Below, in pieces: positions 1 to 8,569 of a stretch of 62,013 bases of DNA. Position 1 is the stretch's first letter; every line of letters begins with the position of its first letter. This stretch comes from Deltaproteobacteria bacterium (GTDB lineage Bacteria; Desulfobacterota; Syntrophia; Syntrophales; Smithellaceae): assembly GCA_021372815.1 (NCBI GenBank), contig JAJFTS010000149.1:1-62013 (forward strand). The letters run 5' to 3'. A program made the translations under genes and the position numbers. The notes under the pieces were generated by a model. That model searched no databases and was not told the origin of the DNA. It was given only the letters and a program-made list of their open reading frames with translations.

Positions 1-1079
1 ACCACGGAGCCGAAGGCATTCCAGAGCAGTCCGGCGATCACGCTTGCCGGAAGAAGCGCAATTCCCACAATCGTCGAATGAAGACCGAGCAGGGTTCCTT
101 TCAATTCTTTCGGCGCGATTTCCGAAATAAAGGCGCGTTCCACCCCTGCCGTCATCGCGGTAAATATTCCATAAAGGGCGAAGGCGGCCACGATGATTGC
201 CTTATTCGGAGCCCAGGCAAAGCCGGCATAGGCAATGGCGAAGGTGAAGTATCCGGCAACCAGCAGGCGTTTCCGTCCAATGCGGTCGGATCTTTTTCCG
301 AACGGCACGGCAAAGATTGACGACACGATGTTGTATACAAAGTAGAGAAGCACCACCGATGCGGGATTGAAGCCCACGTTACCGGCCTTAAGCAGCAGAA
401 AGACATTCGATGAGTTTCCGAGTGTAAACAGGAAGACCACCGCCAGATAAAGTTTGAGACGCCCGTCAAGATGCTTAAATCCTTGAATAAGATGAAGCGG
501 TTGGGTGACTTCGCATCGTTCCCCTGTCTCTTTGATAAAGATGAACATGAGCAGCGAAGCAATGGCAGGAATACACGAAAGCAGGAAAAGTTCTGCGTAG
601 GCGTACTCCCCTTTCCAGGCGGTCATAATAAAGAAAGCGATAAGGATTCCGGCGGCGGAACCGGCCATATCCAGCGCTTTGTGAATGCCGAACGAATGCC
701 CCAGTTTATCCGCCTCACAGCTTTCGCTCACGAGCACGTCACGCGGCGCTGTCCGGATGCCCTTGCCGAAACGGTCCACCATCCTTGCGGCAAGAACGCC
801 CGGCCAGGAACCGGCAATAATCAGAATCAGTTTGTACACCAGACCGGCCGCATAACCGATAAAGGCAATGGGTTTTTTCTTCCGGTACTTGTCCGTAATG
901 TAGCCGCTGAATACCCTCAGCAGACTCGCCAGACTTTCCGCAATTCCTTCAATCAGACCGACAAGAGCAGGCGTCGCGCCAAACACCGTCGTCAGATAAA
1001 GCGGAATCAACGGATAAACCATCTCCGTACTTAAATCCGCAAAAAAACTGACCAACCCGATGAAAATTACATTATTCAT
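1..1079 (-). CDS. MFS transporter (C-terminus runs off the window edge)
   Basis: Absent from the ORF track because it is open to position 1. My minus-strand translation from the ATG at 1079 reads MNNVIFIGLVSFFADLSTEMVYPLIPLYL...DRFGKGIRTAPRD...SDRIGRKRLLVAGY, a continuous multi-TM pattern with MFS-type basic loops. Confidence 0.8.
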   Translation of the reverse strand, partial: MNNVIFIGLVSFFADLSTEMVYPLIPLYLTTVFGATPALVGLIEGIAESLASLLRVFSGYITDKYRKKKPIAFIGYAAGLVYKLILIIAGSWPGVLAARMVDRFGKGIRTAPRDVLVSESCEADKLGHSFGIHKALDMAGSAAGILIAFFIMTAWKGEYAYAELFLLSCIPAIASLLMFIFIKETGERCEVTQPLHLIQGFKHLDGRLKLYLAVVFLFTLGNSSNVFLLLKAGNVGFNPASVVLLYFVYNIVSSIFAVPFGKRSDRIGRKRLLVAGYFTFAIAYAGFAWAPNKAIIVAAFALYGIFTAMTAGVERAFISEIAPKELKGTLLGLHSTIVGIALLPASVIAGLLWNAFGSV

Positions 1080-1195
1080 TTTCTTTCAGATCGTGAACGT
1101 TTATCGTTCATAAAGGTCGACGGCTATTAACAAAGCTCTCTCCTGCTTTGCTCGTCGGCCCTACTTTTTTTCACTCACCTGCAGCTCAAAACAAG

Positions 1196-1711
1196 TTAGT
1201 GGCCGTGGCCGCCTCCATGCCCGCCGCCGGGTCCTTCTCTGCGTATTTCCGTACCGATCGTTCCGCGGTCTTTGTTGATCCATTCAACCTGTACCTTATA
1301 TTTGCATTGTTCGTTTTCTTCATCTTTCCAGAGAACGACGATGTACTCTACCGGTATGGAAACAAATCCATAGGTCTTACCGTCTTCTTTTATTTCATAA
1401 TTGGTGAAATAGCGATAGGAGTTCTTTTCCATCGTTGTCAGATCATCGAGACTTTTGATGATCTCTTCACGCGGATAATCCGTGCAGACGCTCGCCCCTT
1501 TTTTAATAAAAACCAGCCCTGCAAATGTTTTATCCGGAAAACTCTCGGGATTGTTTAATTTGATAATTCGCTCGTACTTGCCGTCCGGCACTTCCTTTAT
1601 TTCCGGCATCTTGACGACAGTGCTGTAGCCGCCGCAGCCCATTACGGACAATGCACCCAGCCCCAGCGCCATGTTTATTATGGCGCTTTTAATATTGTCT
1701 TTCTTCATCAT
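1196..1711 (-). CDS. Hypothetical lipoprotein with Gly/His-rich C-terminal tail
   Basis: Start re-picked at the ATGATG behind AAGGAGG. Lipobox LSVMGC. C-terminus is GPGGGHGGGHGH. No family recognised. Confidence 0.6.
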   Translation of the reverse strand: MMKKDNIKSAIINMALGLGALSVMGCGGYSTVVKMPEIKEVPDGKYERIIKLNNPESFPDKTFAGLVFIKKGASVCTDYPREEIIKSLDDLTTMEKNSYRYFTNYEIKEDGKTYGFVSIPVEYIVVLWKDEENEQCKYKVQVEWINKDRGTIGTEIRREGPGGGHGGGHGH

Positions 1712-1806
1712 CGCGCCTCCTTGAACAAGCATCGATTTTATTTAATTGGTTTACGCTTTCTTAAAGCAGGGCAATCTTCTCCCCCTTACATCCATTATCT
1801 TTCTTT

Positions 1807-2364
1807 TTATTTTTTACGAATCCCGGGAATAATGATGGGCGTCTTTTCTTTGTACGCCGTATAAACTTTGCCGAAGCGCTTCTCCAGTTCCGGTTCTTCA
1901 ATACATTTAAATTCGAGAATGCTCATCAAAACAAACAACGGCGTCATGACGAAGGTGAGTGTTATCGATCCGGAGAAAATGCCGATCCCGGCCATCACCA
2001 GGAAAAGGCCCGTCATCATCGGATTTCTTGAATAAGCGTAGGGACCGTCGGTAACCAATTTCGGCGGAGGATTTATCGGAACGGGAGTCCCTTTTGTTTT
2101 AAAGAATTTCCCCGCAGACCACAACCAGAGGAGCGTCCCCCCAATGATAAAGGGGAGGGAAAGCGCAATGCTCAAGGGTTGGGCGATAAATTCCGGCAAT
2201 CCGAGGAAACGATCAAGATAAAAAGATGCCACAATCAACAGCAATACAATGCAGAAGAAAATAAAGCCGACCAGCGGGGTAAGAATCATGCGCATTCTTT
2301 TGGTGCCCGTTGCCGTCTTATAGATAAGGTTTATGATCGATTCCCGAAACGATTTCATGTGCAC
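1807..2364 (-). CDS. Isoprenylcysteine carboxyl / phospholipid methyltransferase family membrane protein
   Basis: Multi-TM protein with GPYAYSRNPMMTG, the RNPMY-type motif of the ICMT/PEMT family. Confidence 0.7.
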   Translation of the reverse strand: MHMKSFRESIINLIYKTATGTKRMRMILTPLVGFIFFCIVLLLIVASFYLDRFLGLPEFIAQPLSIALSLPFIIGGTLLWLWSAGKFFKTKGTPVPINPPPKLVTDGPYAYSRNPMMTGLFLVMAGIGIFSGSITLTFVMTPLFVLMSILEFKCIEEPELEKRFGKVYTAYKEKTPIIIPGIRKK

Positions 2365-2398
2365 ATTACCTGTGTTGAAAAGTATAGCACATTCCGGA

Positions 2399-2440
2399 GA
2401 AAAATAAAGAGCCGCCCGTGCATCGAACGGACGGCTCTTT
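2399..2440 (-). terminator. Rho-independent terminator after hup
   Basis: Stem AAAGAGCCG (2406-2414) pairs with CGGCTCTTT (2432-2440). On the minus strand it is followed by TATTTTT. Confidence 0.6.
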
Positions 2441-2462
2441 AAACATTCCTTGCTTGATCGAT

Positions 2463-2732
2463 TTACTTGACGGCGTCTTTCAAACCTTTCCCGGCTTTGA
2501 ATACGGGAACTTTCTTAGCAGCTATTTTAATAGCTTTGCCTGTCTGGGGGTTTCTGCCTGTGCGGGCTTTTCTCTTCTTAACATCAAATGTTCCGAAGCC
2601 CACCAGTGTCACGGAATCTCCCTTTTTCAGAGCTTTCTGAATTGCCGCCAATGTTGCGTCAACGGCCGCTACCGCTTCCTTCTTGCTGCATGTCACTTTT
2701 GCTACTTCTTCGATCAAATCAGCCTTGTTCAT
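2463..2732 (-). CDS. hup: HU family DNA-binding protein
   Basis: 89 aa. [11 protein letters not shown]...[26 protein letters not shown] is the canonical HU/IHF arm. Confidence 0.95.
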   Translation of the reverse strand: MNKADLIEEVAKVTCSKKEAVAAVDATLAAIQKALKKGDSVTLVGFGTFDVKKRKARTGRNPQTGKAIKIAAKKVPVFKAGKGLKDAVK

Positions 2733-2772
2733 TTAGTGCCTCCTCTTTATTATTGGAACCGATTTTTTTTGC

Positions 2773-2801
2773 ATCATACATTTTTATTTACTGCAAATCA
2801 A
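2773..2801 (-). promoter_or_regulatory. Sigma70-type promoter for hup
   Basis: Minus strand reads TTGATT, 17 nt, TATGAT, about 40 nt upstream of the hup RBS AGGAGG. Confidence 0.5.
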
Positions 2802-2895
2802 TCCAAATCACGCTGACAGCGGAAAATATCCAGATGACGCATCATGCGGTAATCGGCAGCCACCATGACAAAAAAGGCGATTGTCGTTTTGCAGT

Positions 2896-3417
2896 CTATT
2901 GTTTAACGATGGTGTCCAATTGACTGATCGCTTCCTCCAGTGTCGCGGTATTCAATATGTAGGCGTCGGCCAGGGCAATGGGAATAGCTGCTCCGTAACC
3001 GATTTCGCGCCGGTCCCGATCGTCGAAGGCCTGGGGAGAATCGTCTTCCCGGCCTCTGGCACAAATGCGCTCCAGCCTCATTTGCCTGGGCGCCAGAAAG
3101 GCAACCACTTCGCAATCGGCTTTTTCCCGAATAAGTTCGATTTCCGGCCAGGACCGCATGCCTTCCAGGAAACCCACGGCCGCACCGGATTTCAGAACCT
3201 CCTCCAACGCAAGTCTGGTCACGCCCATGCCGTCTTCACCGCGCAGTTCATCGGATATGGCGGCGGTTTCGACCGGATCCGCTTCCACGCCGCGCCTTCT
3301 GACTTCCGCCCGCACGATGTCGCCGGTGGCATAATAAATAAAATCATTGGATTCGGCATAAATCCGCGCGATATTTTTCCCTGAAGCGGGCATGCCCACA
3401 ATAACGAATATTTTCAT
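2896..3417 (-). CDS. P-loop nucleotide kinase, UPF0200 / dephospho-CoA-kinase-like (archaeal-type)
   Basis: N-terminal P-loop GMPASGK. C-terminal RDRREIGYGAAIPIALADAYILNTATLEE resembles the archaeal UPF0200 family. Confidence 0.55.
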   Translation of the reverse strand: MKIFVIVGMPASGKNIARIYAESNDFIYYATGDIVRAEVRRRGVEADPVETAAISDELRGEDGMGVTRLALEEVLKSGAAVGFLEGMRSWPEIELIREKADCEVVAFLAPRQMRLERICARGREDDSPQAFDDRDRREIGYGAAIPIALADAYILNTATLEEAISQLDTIVKQ

Positions 3418-3501
3418 CTATTCCTCCTCCTGCCGGATTGCCGGAAAAATGGTCTTGCAGATATCATTGCCGTTTTAAAAGCAACCAGGCGTCATATTAC
3501 T

Positions 3502-4704
3502 CTATTTTCTTGCTTTCACTTTTGTGCCGTCGCTGATGGTATCGTCGGGATAGGCTAAGACCTTTTCGTTTTCTTTCAATCCCGAAAGGATTTGTGCCGC
3601 CAGCCCGTTTCTCTGACCGACTTCCACAACCCGCCGGCGCGCTTTTCCCTTCTCGTCCACAAACACAGCCCACTTATCACCCCAACGGAAAAGGGCGCTT
3701 GCCGGAACCTGAAGGATGTTTTCTCCCTTCCAGATAATGAAATGCGCCTCCATCCGATAAGCATCGCCGAGCACCCGCCATTTTTCCGGCGGCGACGTAA
3801 TATCCACAATGACCAGAACTCTTTGCTCTTCCACGCCCAGGCTCGATATTTTCGTAAACCCCGCCGGCTCCACCAGCCGCACGACGCCCGTCAGGGGTTC
3901 GTCATTGCCCCAGCGCTTGAACAAAACTTCCGTCCCTTTTTTTATTTTGACCGCGTCCGAAGAAAGCACTTCCGCGCGGACTTCCAGATCCCGGACATCG
4001 CCGATATCTATCAACGGCTCGCCGATATTCACCGCGCCCTCGCTTTCACGGTAAACTCTGAACACGCCGCCGCTTAAAGGTGACGTTACATAAACAGTAT
4101 CATGTTTGCCGCCTCTCTTAACAGAGGTAAAATCCCGCAAGGCTATTTGCGCCCGCTCCCGTTCGGATTTGGCCACGTTCACTTCCGCCGAAGCAGAACG
4201 CTGAAGCGCTTTCGCTTTTTGTGCTTCGGAATCTATCTGATCGAATTGATCTCTGGAAATAGAGCCTTTGGCGTAGAGGGCTTTTAAACGTTCCCGTCTT
4301 TGTTCGAGATAACCGGCGTCCGCCGCGGTCACTTTTTCTCTTTCCAGTGCGGCCTTGAGCGCGGCTTCGGCGGAAGAGACGGCGGCTTGAGCAGTCGCGC
4401 GGCTGCGGGGATCGAGAGACTGCGACTGCAGCGGCTCCAGAACGGCCATGATCTGCCCTTTCTTCACGGGGTCTCCGACCTTGGCCTGAATGCGCTGCAT
4501 ATATCCGGCTGTGGGAGCGGAGATGGTAAAACGTTCTTTGAGGCGGGTGCGTCCTTCTTCTTCAATCGCAATCTGAAGCGGCCCCCGCTTGACGGCGGTG
4601 ATATCCACTTCCTTTGTTTTCGGCAAAAAACCGTAAATCAGCAAAAAAACAACGATCAGCACAACACTGACGACCAGTACTTTTCTGCGCAACACCTGAT
4701 TCAT
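3502..4704 (-). CDS. HlyD-family periplasmic adaptor (MacA-like)
   Basis: N-terminal TM segment, long coiled-coil (AQAAVSSAEAALKAALE...), and beta-barrel/lipoyl-like ends. Sits downstream of the ABC permease. Confidence 0.85.
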   Translation of the reverse strand: MNQVLRRKVLVVSVVLIVVFLLIYGFLPKTKEVDITAVKRGPLQIAIEEEGRTRLKERFTISAPTAGYMQRIQAKVGDPVKKGQIMAVLEPLQSQSLDPRSRATAQAAVSSAEAALKAALEREKVTAADAGYLEQRRERLKALYAKGSISRDQFDQIDSEAQKAKALQRSASAEVNVAKSERERAQIALRDFTSVKRGGKHDTVYVTSPLSGGVFRVYRESEGAVNIGEPLIDIGDVRDLEVRAEVLSSDAVKIKKGTEVLFKRWGNDEPLTGVVRLVEPAGFTKISSLGVEEQRVLVIVDITSPPEKWRVLGDAYRMEAHFIIWKGENILQVPASALFRWGDKWAVFVDEKGKARRRVVEVGQRNGLAAQILSGLKENEKVLAYPDDTISDGTKVKARK

Positions 4705-4739
4705 TTAATTCGTCTCCAGCGGTTCCCTTGTTTTCCGTT

Positions 4740-7103
4740 TTACTCCCGTGTTTTGAGCACCTCAACCAGGTCAAGATGATTCAGCTTGTAACGCACAATC
4801 AGGCCGGATACCAGCGCCGAAAAAATAACCACCGCCGCCGCCTGGGCGTAAGTGCTCATCTCGATAATCATCGGCACCCGGAAAAGATCGGATGCCAGCG
4901 AGTTGGCAATATAGGCGCAGAGCCAGTATCCGACAACAAATCCCAGCGGAATGGCGATCAGCGTAATCAGCGCCAGTTCCCCCAGCAGGATGTAAGCGAT
5001 TTCACCCCGCGTATATCCTAAAACCCGCAGAGAAGAGAGCTCACGGCTTCTTTCGGATAAAGATATTCTCGCGCTGTTGTACACAACGCCGAACGCAATG
5101 GAACACGCCATTATTGTAGCAATAAAAGTAAAAAAAAGCATTCCTTTTGCCATTACGTCGTAAACATTTCTGATTTCATTTTTCCGGATGACTATTTCCG
5201 AAACGCGCGGCATCTCCACAAAAGACCGGAAGAGCTTTTCGCGGTATTTTTCATCCGTAACCAGATAAGCGCCGGAGATGGCTTCGCCCTCATTCATCAG
5301 ACGGTTGAGCGCTTTTAAATCCATATAGCCCATGACGCCCAGATACTGTTTGGCCAGTGCGACCACGGGAACCTGCCGGACAGCCTTGGAGCCTTCCAGT
5401 GCTTCGACCGTCAGCATGTCGCCGGCCTTGACGCCGAGAATCTTGCCCAGATAATCGGTCAGCAAAATCCCCGACGAAGGCACGGGAATGGTTTTAAGAT
5501 TTTTGTCGAGCAGCAGACTGAGACGGCTGTCCGGTTCTATCCCGTTAATGACGGTTTTATAACTGCGGTGACCGAAATTAAGTTTCACCGGAACAACCCG
5601 GAAACTCTCTCCGTCGTTGATGCCCTGTGTTTGTTTCAGCTCATAGATCGCCCGGTAGGAAGTCGGTTCGATAAAAGTCAGCGTCATATCTTCTTTCTGA
5701 GAAAGAATAAAATGAATATCCACCATGTAATCAATGGAATCTTTAAAAAATCCGCTGGAGATCATTGTCGCGCAGGCGGTGGCAATGCCGATAATCGAAA
5801 GAAAAGTCCGGACGGGCTTTCTCTCCACGTTGCGGATGATTATCCGCGTGGGCTGCGAAAGCCAGCGGCCGATGCCCGTTTTTTCGATAAATGAAATCCG
5901 GTATTTGGCCGGAGCTTCCGGCCGCATGGCCTCGGCGGGAGGCTGTTGGGAAGCCTTCCAGAAAGAATGCACGGTTCCAGCCAGCGCGGAGGCCACGCTG
6001 ATCAAAACGGCCGAGATAACAACTCCCGGATGCAGTTTATAAATGAAAAACGGAAAACGATAGGTTTCCATATAAATGCCGCCCAGCAAATTCCCCAGCC
6101 AGATGCCGGCGGCGATTCCGCACAAAACGCCGACAGCGATCATCAGGACAACCATATTCGCGTAATGGAAGGCAACATCAATATTTCTATAGCCGAAAGC
6201 TTTGAGCGTCGCGATTTGTTCGCGCTGCGTACTGATCGTTCTGCTCATGATTACATTCAGCAGAAAGGCCGCCACACAGATGAATATCGTGGGAAATATT
6301 TTCGAACTGGTTTTCAGCTGGCGGAACTCTTCGCTCAAAAGACGGTGGGACATCTGATCCTTGCGGCCGTAAGCGCCGAAGCCGCCGTATTTCCCCAAAA
6401 TATTGTCAAGGTCGCGCACTACATCGCTTAATTTGGCGCCGGGATAAAGAGTCAGGACGACATCGTTAAACGCGCCGTCCATATCGTAGGCTTTGCTGAT
6501 GGCTTCGCGGGTCATCCACAAGGCGCCGTAGCGTTTAAAATCGGGACTCATGGCTCCGGCTTTCATCAATAGAACAAACTCCGGGGAAAGCGCGATGCCG
6601 GTAATCGTCAGTTTTTTCCATTTGCCGTTGATGACTGCCGCGAACTGATCCGACGGTTTCAGGCCGTGCGCCTGGGCAAAGGTTTCGTTGATGACCACTT
6701 CATCGTCCCGGGAGGGATCGGGCAGTCGGCCTTTTCGGATATAAAGGCGGTTCAGTAGCGGACTACCCTCATCGGGTATGGAAATGATCTTACCGGTAAC
6801 CGATTCGTTAAAACCTTTGATATCCAGCTTGGCCTGGGCGCAGACCCGGGTTTCCAGCTGATTGACGCCGTTGATTTTTTTTAATCTGTCTTTGAGGCTT
6901 TCCGGCGCGCGCTTTAAATTGACAAAGACATCGGCAAAATTATAGTCGCGATAAAACTTGCTGCGGGTGAAATCCAGGGAATGCATGACGCTGATAAACA
7001 TAATGAACGTCGCCACGCCGCTGAGCACCACCAGCGTGATGGCAAAGACCTGGCCTTTCATCTGCCACAGTTCCCGCCAGAGTTTTCGATGCAACGCCTT
7101 CAT
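4740..7103 (-). CDS. ABC transporter permease, double FtsX-domain (MacB/DevC-like)
   Basis: 787 aa with two FtsX-type 4-TM modules, each preceded by a large periplasmic domain. Confidence 0.85.
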   Translation of the reverse strand: MKALHRKLWRELWQMKGQVFAITLVVLSGVATFIMFISVMHSLDFTRSKFYRDYNFADVFVNLKRAPESLKDRLKKINGVNQLETRVCAQAKLDIKGFNESVTGKIISIPDEGSPLLNRLYIRKGRLPDPSRDDEVVINETFAQAHGLKPSDQFAAVINGKWKKLTITGIALSPEFVLLMKAGAMSPDFKRYGALWMTREAISKAYDMDGAFNDVVLTLYPGAKLSDVVRDLDNILGKYGGFGAYGRKDQMSHRLLSEEFRQLKTSSKIFPTIFICVAAFLLNVIMSRTISTQREQIATLKAFGYRNIDVAFHYANMVVLMIAVGVLCGIAAGIWLGNLLGGIYMETYRFPFFIYKLHPGVVISAVLISVASALAGTVHSFWKASQQPPAEAMRPEAPAKYRISFIEKTGIGRWLSQPTRIIIRNVERKPVRTFLSIIGIATACATMISSGFFKDSIDYMVDIHFILSQKEDMTLTFIEPTSYRAIYELKQTQGINDGESFRVVPVKLNFGHRSYKTVINGIEPDSRLSLLLDKNLKTIPVPSSGILLTDYLGKILGVKAGDMLTVEALEGSKAVRQVPVVALAKQYLGVMGYMDLKALNRLMNEGEAISGAYLVTDEKYREKLFRSFVEMPRVSEIVIRKNEIRNVYDVMAKGMLFFTFIATIMACSIAFGVVYNSARISLSERSRELSSLRVLGYTRGEIAYILLGELALITLIAIPLGFVVGYWLCAYIANSLASDLFRVPMIIEMSTYAQAAAVVIFSALVSGLIVRYKLNHLDLVEVLKTRE

Positions 7104-7109
7104 AATTTT

Positions 7110-7206
7110 AAGTTCAACGTTCTATGTTCTATGTTCTAAGTTTCTGTACTTTGTACTCTGTACTAATAACTTTTTCCCCTTGCTACTTGACCCTTTGCTA
7201 CTATTG
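7110..7206 (+). repeat. Left boundary of cassette: 13-nt inverted repeat, 7-nt periodic array and short direct repeats
   Basis: AAGTTCAACGTTC (7110-7122). Heptads GTTCAAC GTTCTAT GTTCTAT GTTCTAA GTTTCTG, then GTACTTT GTACTCT GTACTAA (to 7166). CCTTGCTACTTGACCCT at 7178-7194. TTGCTACT occurs twice (7180, 7195). Confidence 0.8.
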
Positions 7207-8088
7207 TCACGGCAATGAAATTCTTTTATCCTTATGTTTCGCCCACCAGGTTTTGTATTCAGTCAGTTTATTTTGGATGGAGGCGATGTCGTTGTTTTGT
7301 TTATAACCAGCTAGTGCTTTAATATCTGCATCAGTGGCAATGTTATAATATTTCTGACGGTAATTTAAAAAGACGTTCATGCTGCGAACAAGATTATAGA
7401 TTAGGTCTGACTGCTTCACACTGCCTGTCTGCGATTGTGCATTCCATTTGTCGCACAGCCATAAACGGCGGTCCATTTCGTCCTTGATCCATTTAGATTG
7501 ATTGTCCTTTGTTCTTAAATCGGCAGATGTTACTGCTGGCAATGTCGAAGGAAACTTCACTAGGTACGCGTTCACAACTTCCACAGGTTCTGGCTTGGTC
7601 ATTTGCCCATCTTCATACTCTATGGAAATGACCTTGTTATTACTAATCCATCTATACACCCACCCTGCTGAACCAAATGTCATAATGTTATTACCATTTA
7701 CAACACGCATGATATACTGGTCACCAGGAATGCCTAAAGAAGTTCTAAAAGCTTTATCCAACTCATGCAGCAGCCATCTGTCCGAATCACCGCCCGTGTG
7801 CTGGGTGACTTGGACGTCCGGAGATACATTGCCGCTATTACTTAGGTACATTACACCGTATGTTACATCGTTATGATCTTGGAAATGGCCTGTGGCACTT
7901 AAAATATTTTTCTTTACAAGATGGGGTCCACCTGTTGCTGGTTCACCGGGCAAATCTTTTTCTGGTTTATCTAATTTGTAATTTCCAATATCTTGAAGTA
8001 TTAAATAGTCAGAAATATTTTGTGTAAAAGCTATAATTGGAAACAATAACAATCCAATCAATATTACAGCAAATTTTATTTTCCTCAC
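7207..8088 (-). CDS. Hypothetical secreted protein (passenger gene inside the ABC operon)
   Basis: GTG start behind GGAGGG. Signal peptide MRKIKFAVILIGLLLFPIIAFTQ. Visibly AT-richer than the flanking genes. No family recognised. Confidence 0.6.
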   Translation of the reverse strand: MRKIKFAVILIGLLLFPIIAFTQNISDYLILQDIGNYKLDKPEKDLPGEPATGGPHLVKKNILSATGHFQDHNDVTYGVMYLSNSGNVSPDVQVTQHTGGDSDRWLLHELDKAFRTSLGIPGDQYIMRVVNGNNIMTFGSAGWVYRWISNNKVISIEYEDGQMTKPEPVEVVNAYLVKFPSTLPAVTSADLRTKDNQSKWIKDEMDRRLWLCDKWNAQSQTGSVKQSDLIYNLVRSMNVFLNYRQKYYNIATDADIKALAGYKQNNDIASIQNKLTEYKTWWAKHKDKRISLP

Positions 8089-8118
8089 TTAGCCCTCCAG
8101 GTAATGAATTTATCCCAT

Positions 8119-8194
8119 GCTGGTTCAATCATTTTGATTGAACCGTCTATTTGCTCTACAATTTTCTGATTCAATCTACAAGATTGAACCAGCT
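8119..8194. repeat. Cluster of GGTTCAATC / GATTGAACC inverted repeats (alternative hairpins)
   Basis: GGTTCAATC (8122-8130) pairs with GATTGAACC (8136-8144). TCAATCT-aca-AGATTGA at 8171-8187. GCTGGTTCAATC (8119) can alternatively pair with GATTGAACCAGC (8183-8194). Confidence 0.7.
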
Positions 8195-8206
8195 TAAGAA
8201 ATAATT

Positions 8207-8491
8207 GTCATTCCCGCGCAGGCGGGAATCCAGTTTTTTGTCCTGGATGCCGTTCTTCAACGGCATGACAGAGGACATATTATTTATTTGTCATTACCCA
8301 ACGCATGCCCGGCGCATGCCTGAGTGATTGGGCAATCCAGTTTTCTTTTTTCCTGGATGCCGTTCTTCAACGGCATGACAGAGGACATATTATTTATTTG
8401 TCATTGCCCAACTCATGCCCGGCGCATGCCTGGGTGATTGGGCAATCCAGTTTGTTTTTATTTCCTGGATACCGGCCTGCGCGGGAATGAT
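8207..8491. repeat. REP/MITE-like composite: two 110-bp tandem units flanked by inverted copies of a GTCATTCCCGCGCAGGCGGGAATCCAG-type hairpin
   Basis: Unit TCCTGGATGCCGTTCTTCAACGGCATGACAGAGGACATATTATTTATTTGTCATT.CCCAAC.CATGCCCGGCGCATGCCTG.GTGATTGGGCAATCCAG starts at 8241 and 8351 (period 110, few mismatches). End hairpins at 8207-8233 and 8464-8491 are near reverse complements (24/26). Confidence 0.85.
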
Positions 8492-8496
8492 AACTT

Positions 8497-8562
8497 CCTT
8501 GCTGCTTGCCCTCCGTCACCTCGAACTTCAACTTTGAACCTTGAACCTGGAACGTTGAACTT
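8497..8562 (-). repeat. Right boundary of cassette: direct repeat plus inverted heptad array and 13-nt inverted repeat
   Basis: CCTTGCTGCTTGCCCT at 8497-8512. GAAC recurs every 7 nt (8523, 8536, 8543, 8550, 8557). GAACGTTGAACTT (8550-8562) is the exact reverse complement of 7110-7122. Confidence 0.8.
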
Positions 8563-8569
8563 TGTTTTT

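Noticed and set aside
152-1034. Tracked ORFs 152-562 (minus) and 471-1034 (plus)
   Set aside because: They are alternative frames of the edge-truncated MFS transporter gene (1-1079, minus), which gives a continuous membrane-protein translation.
8241-8461. Possible CRISPR array (regularly spaced repeats)
   Set aside because: The 110-nt units are directly contiguous and near-identical over their full length, with no unique spacers. There are only about 2 units and no cas genes in the window. It is a REP/MITE-like tandem instead.
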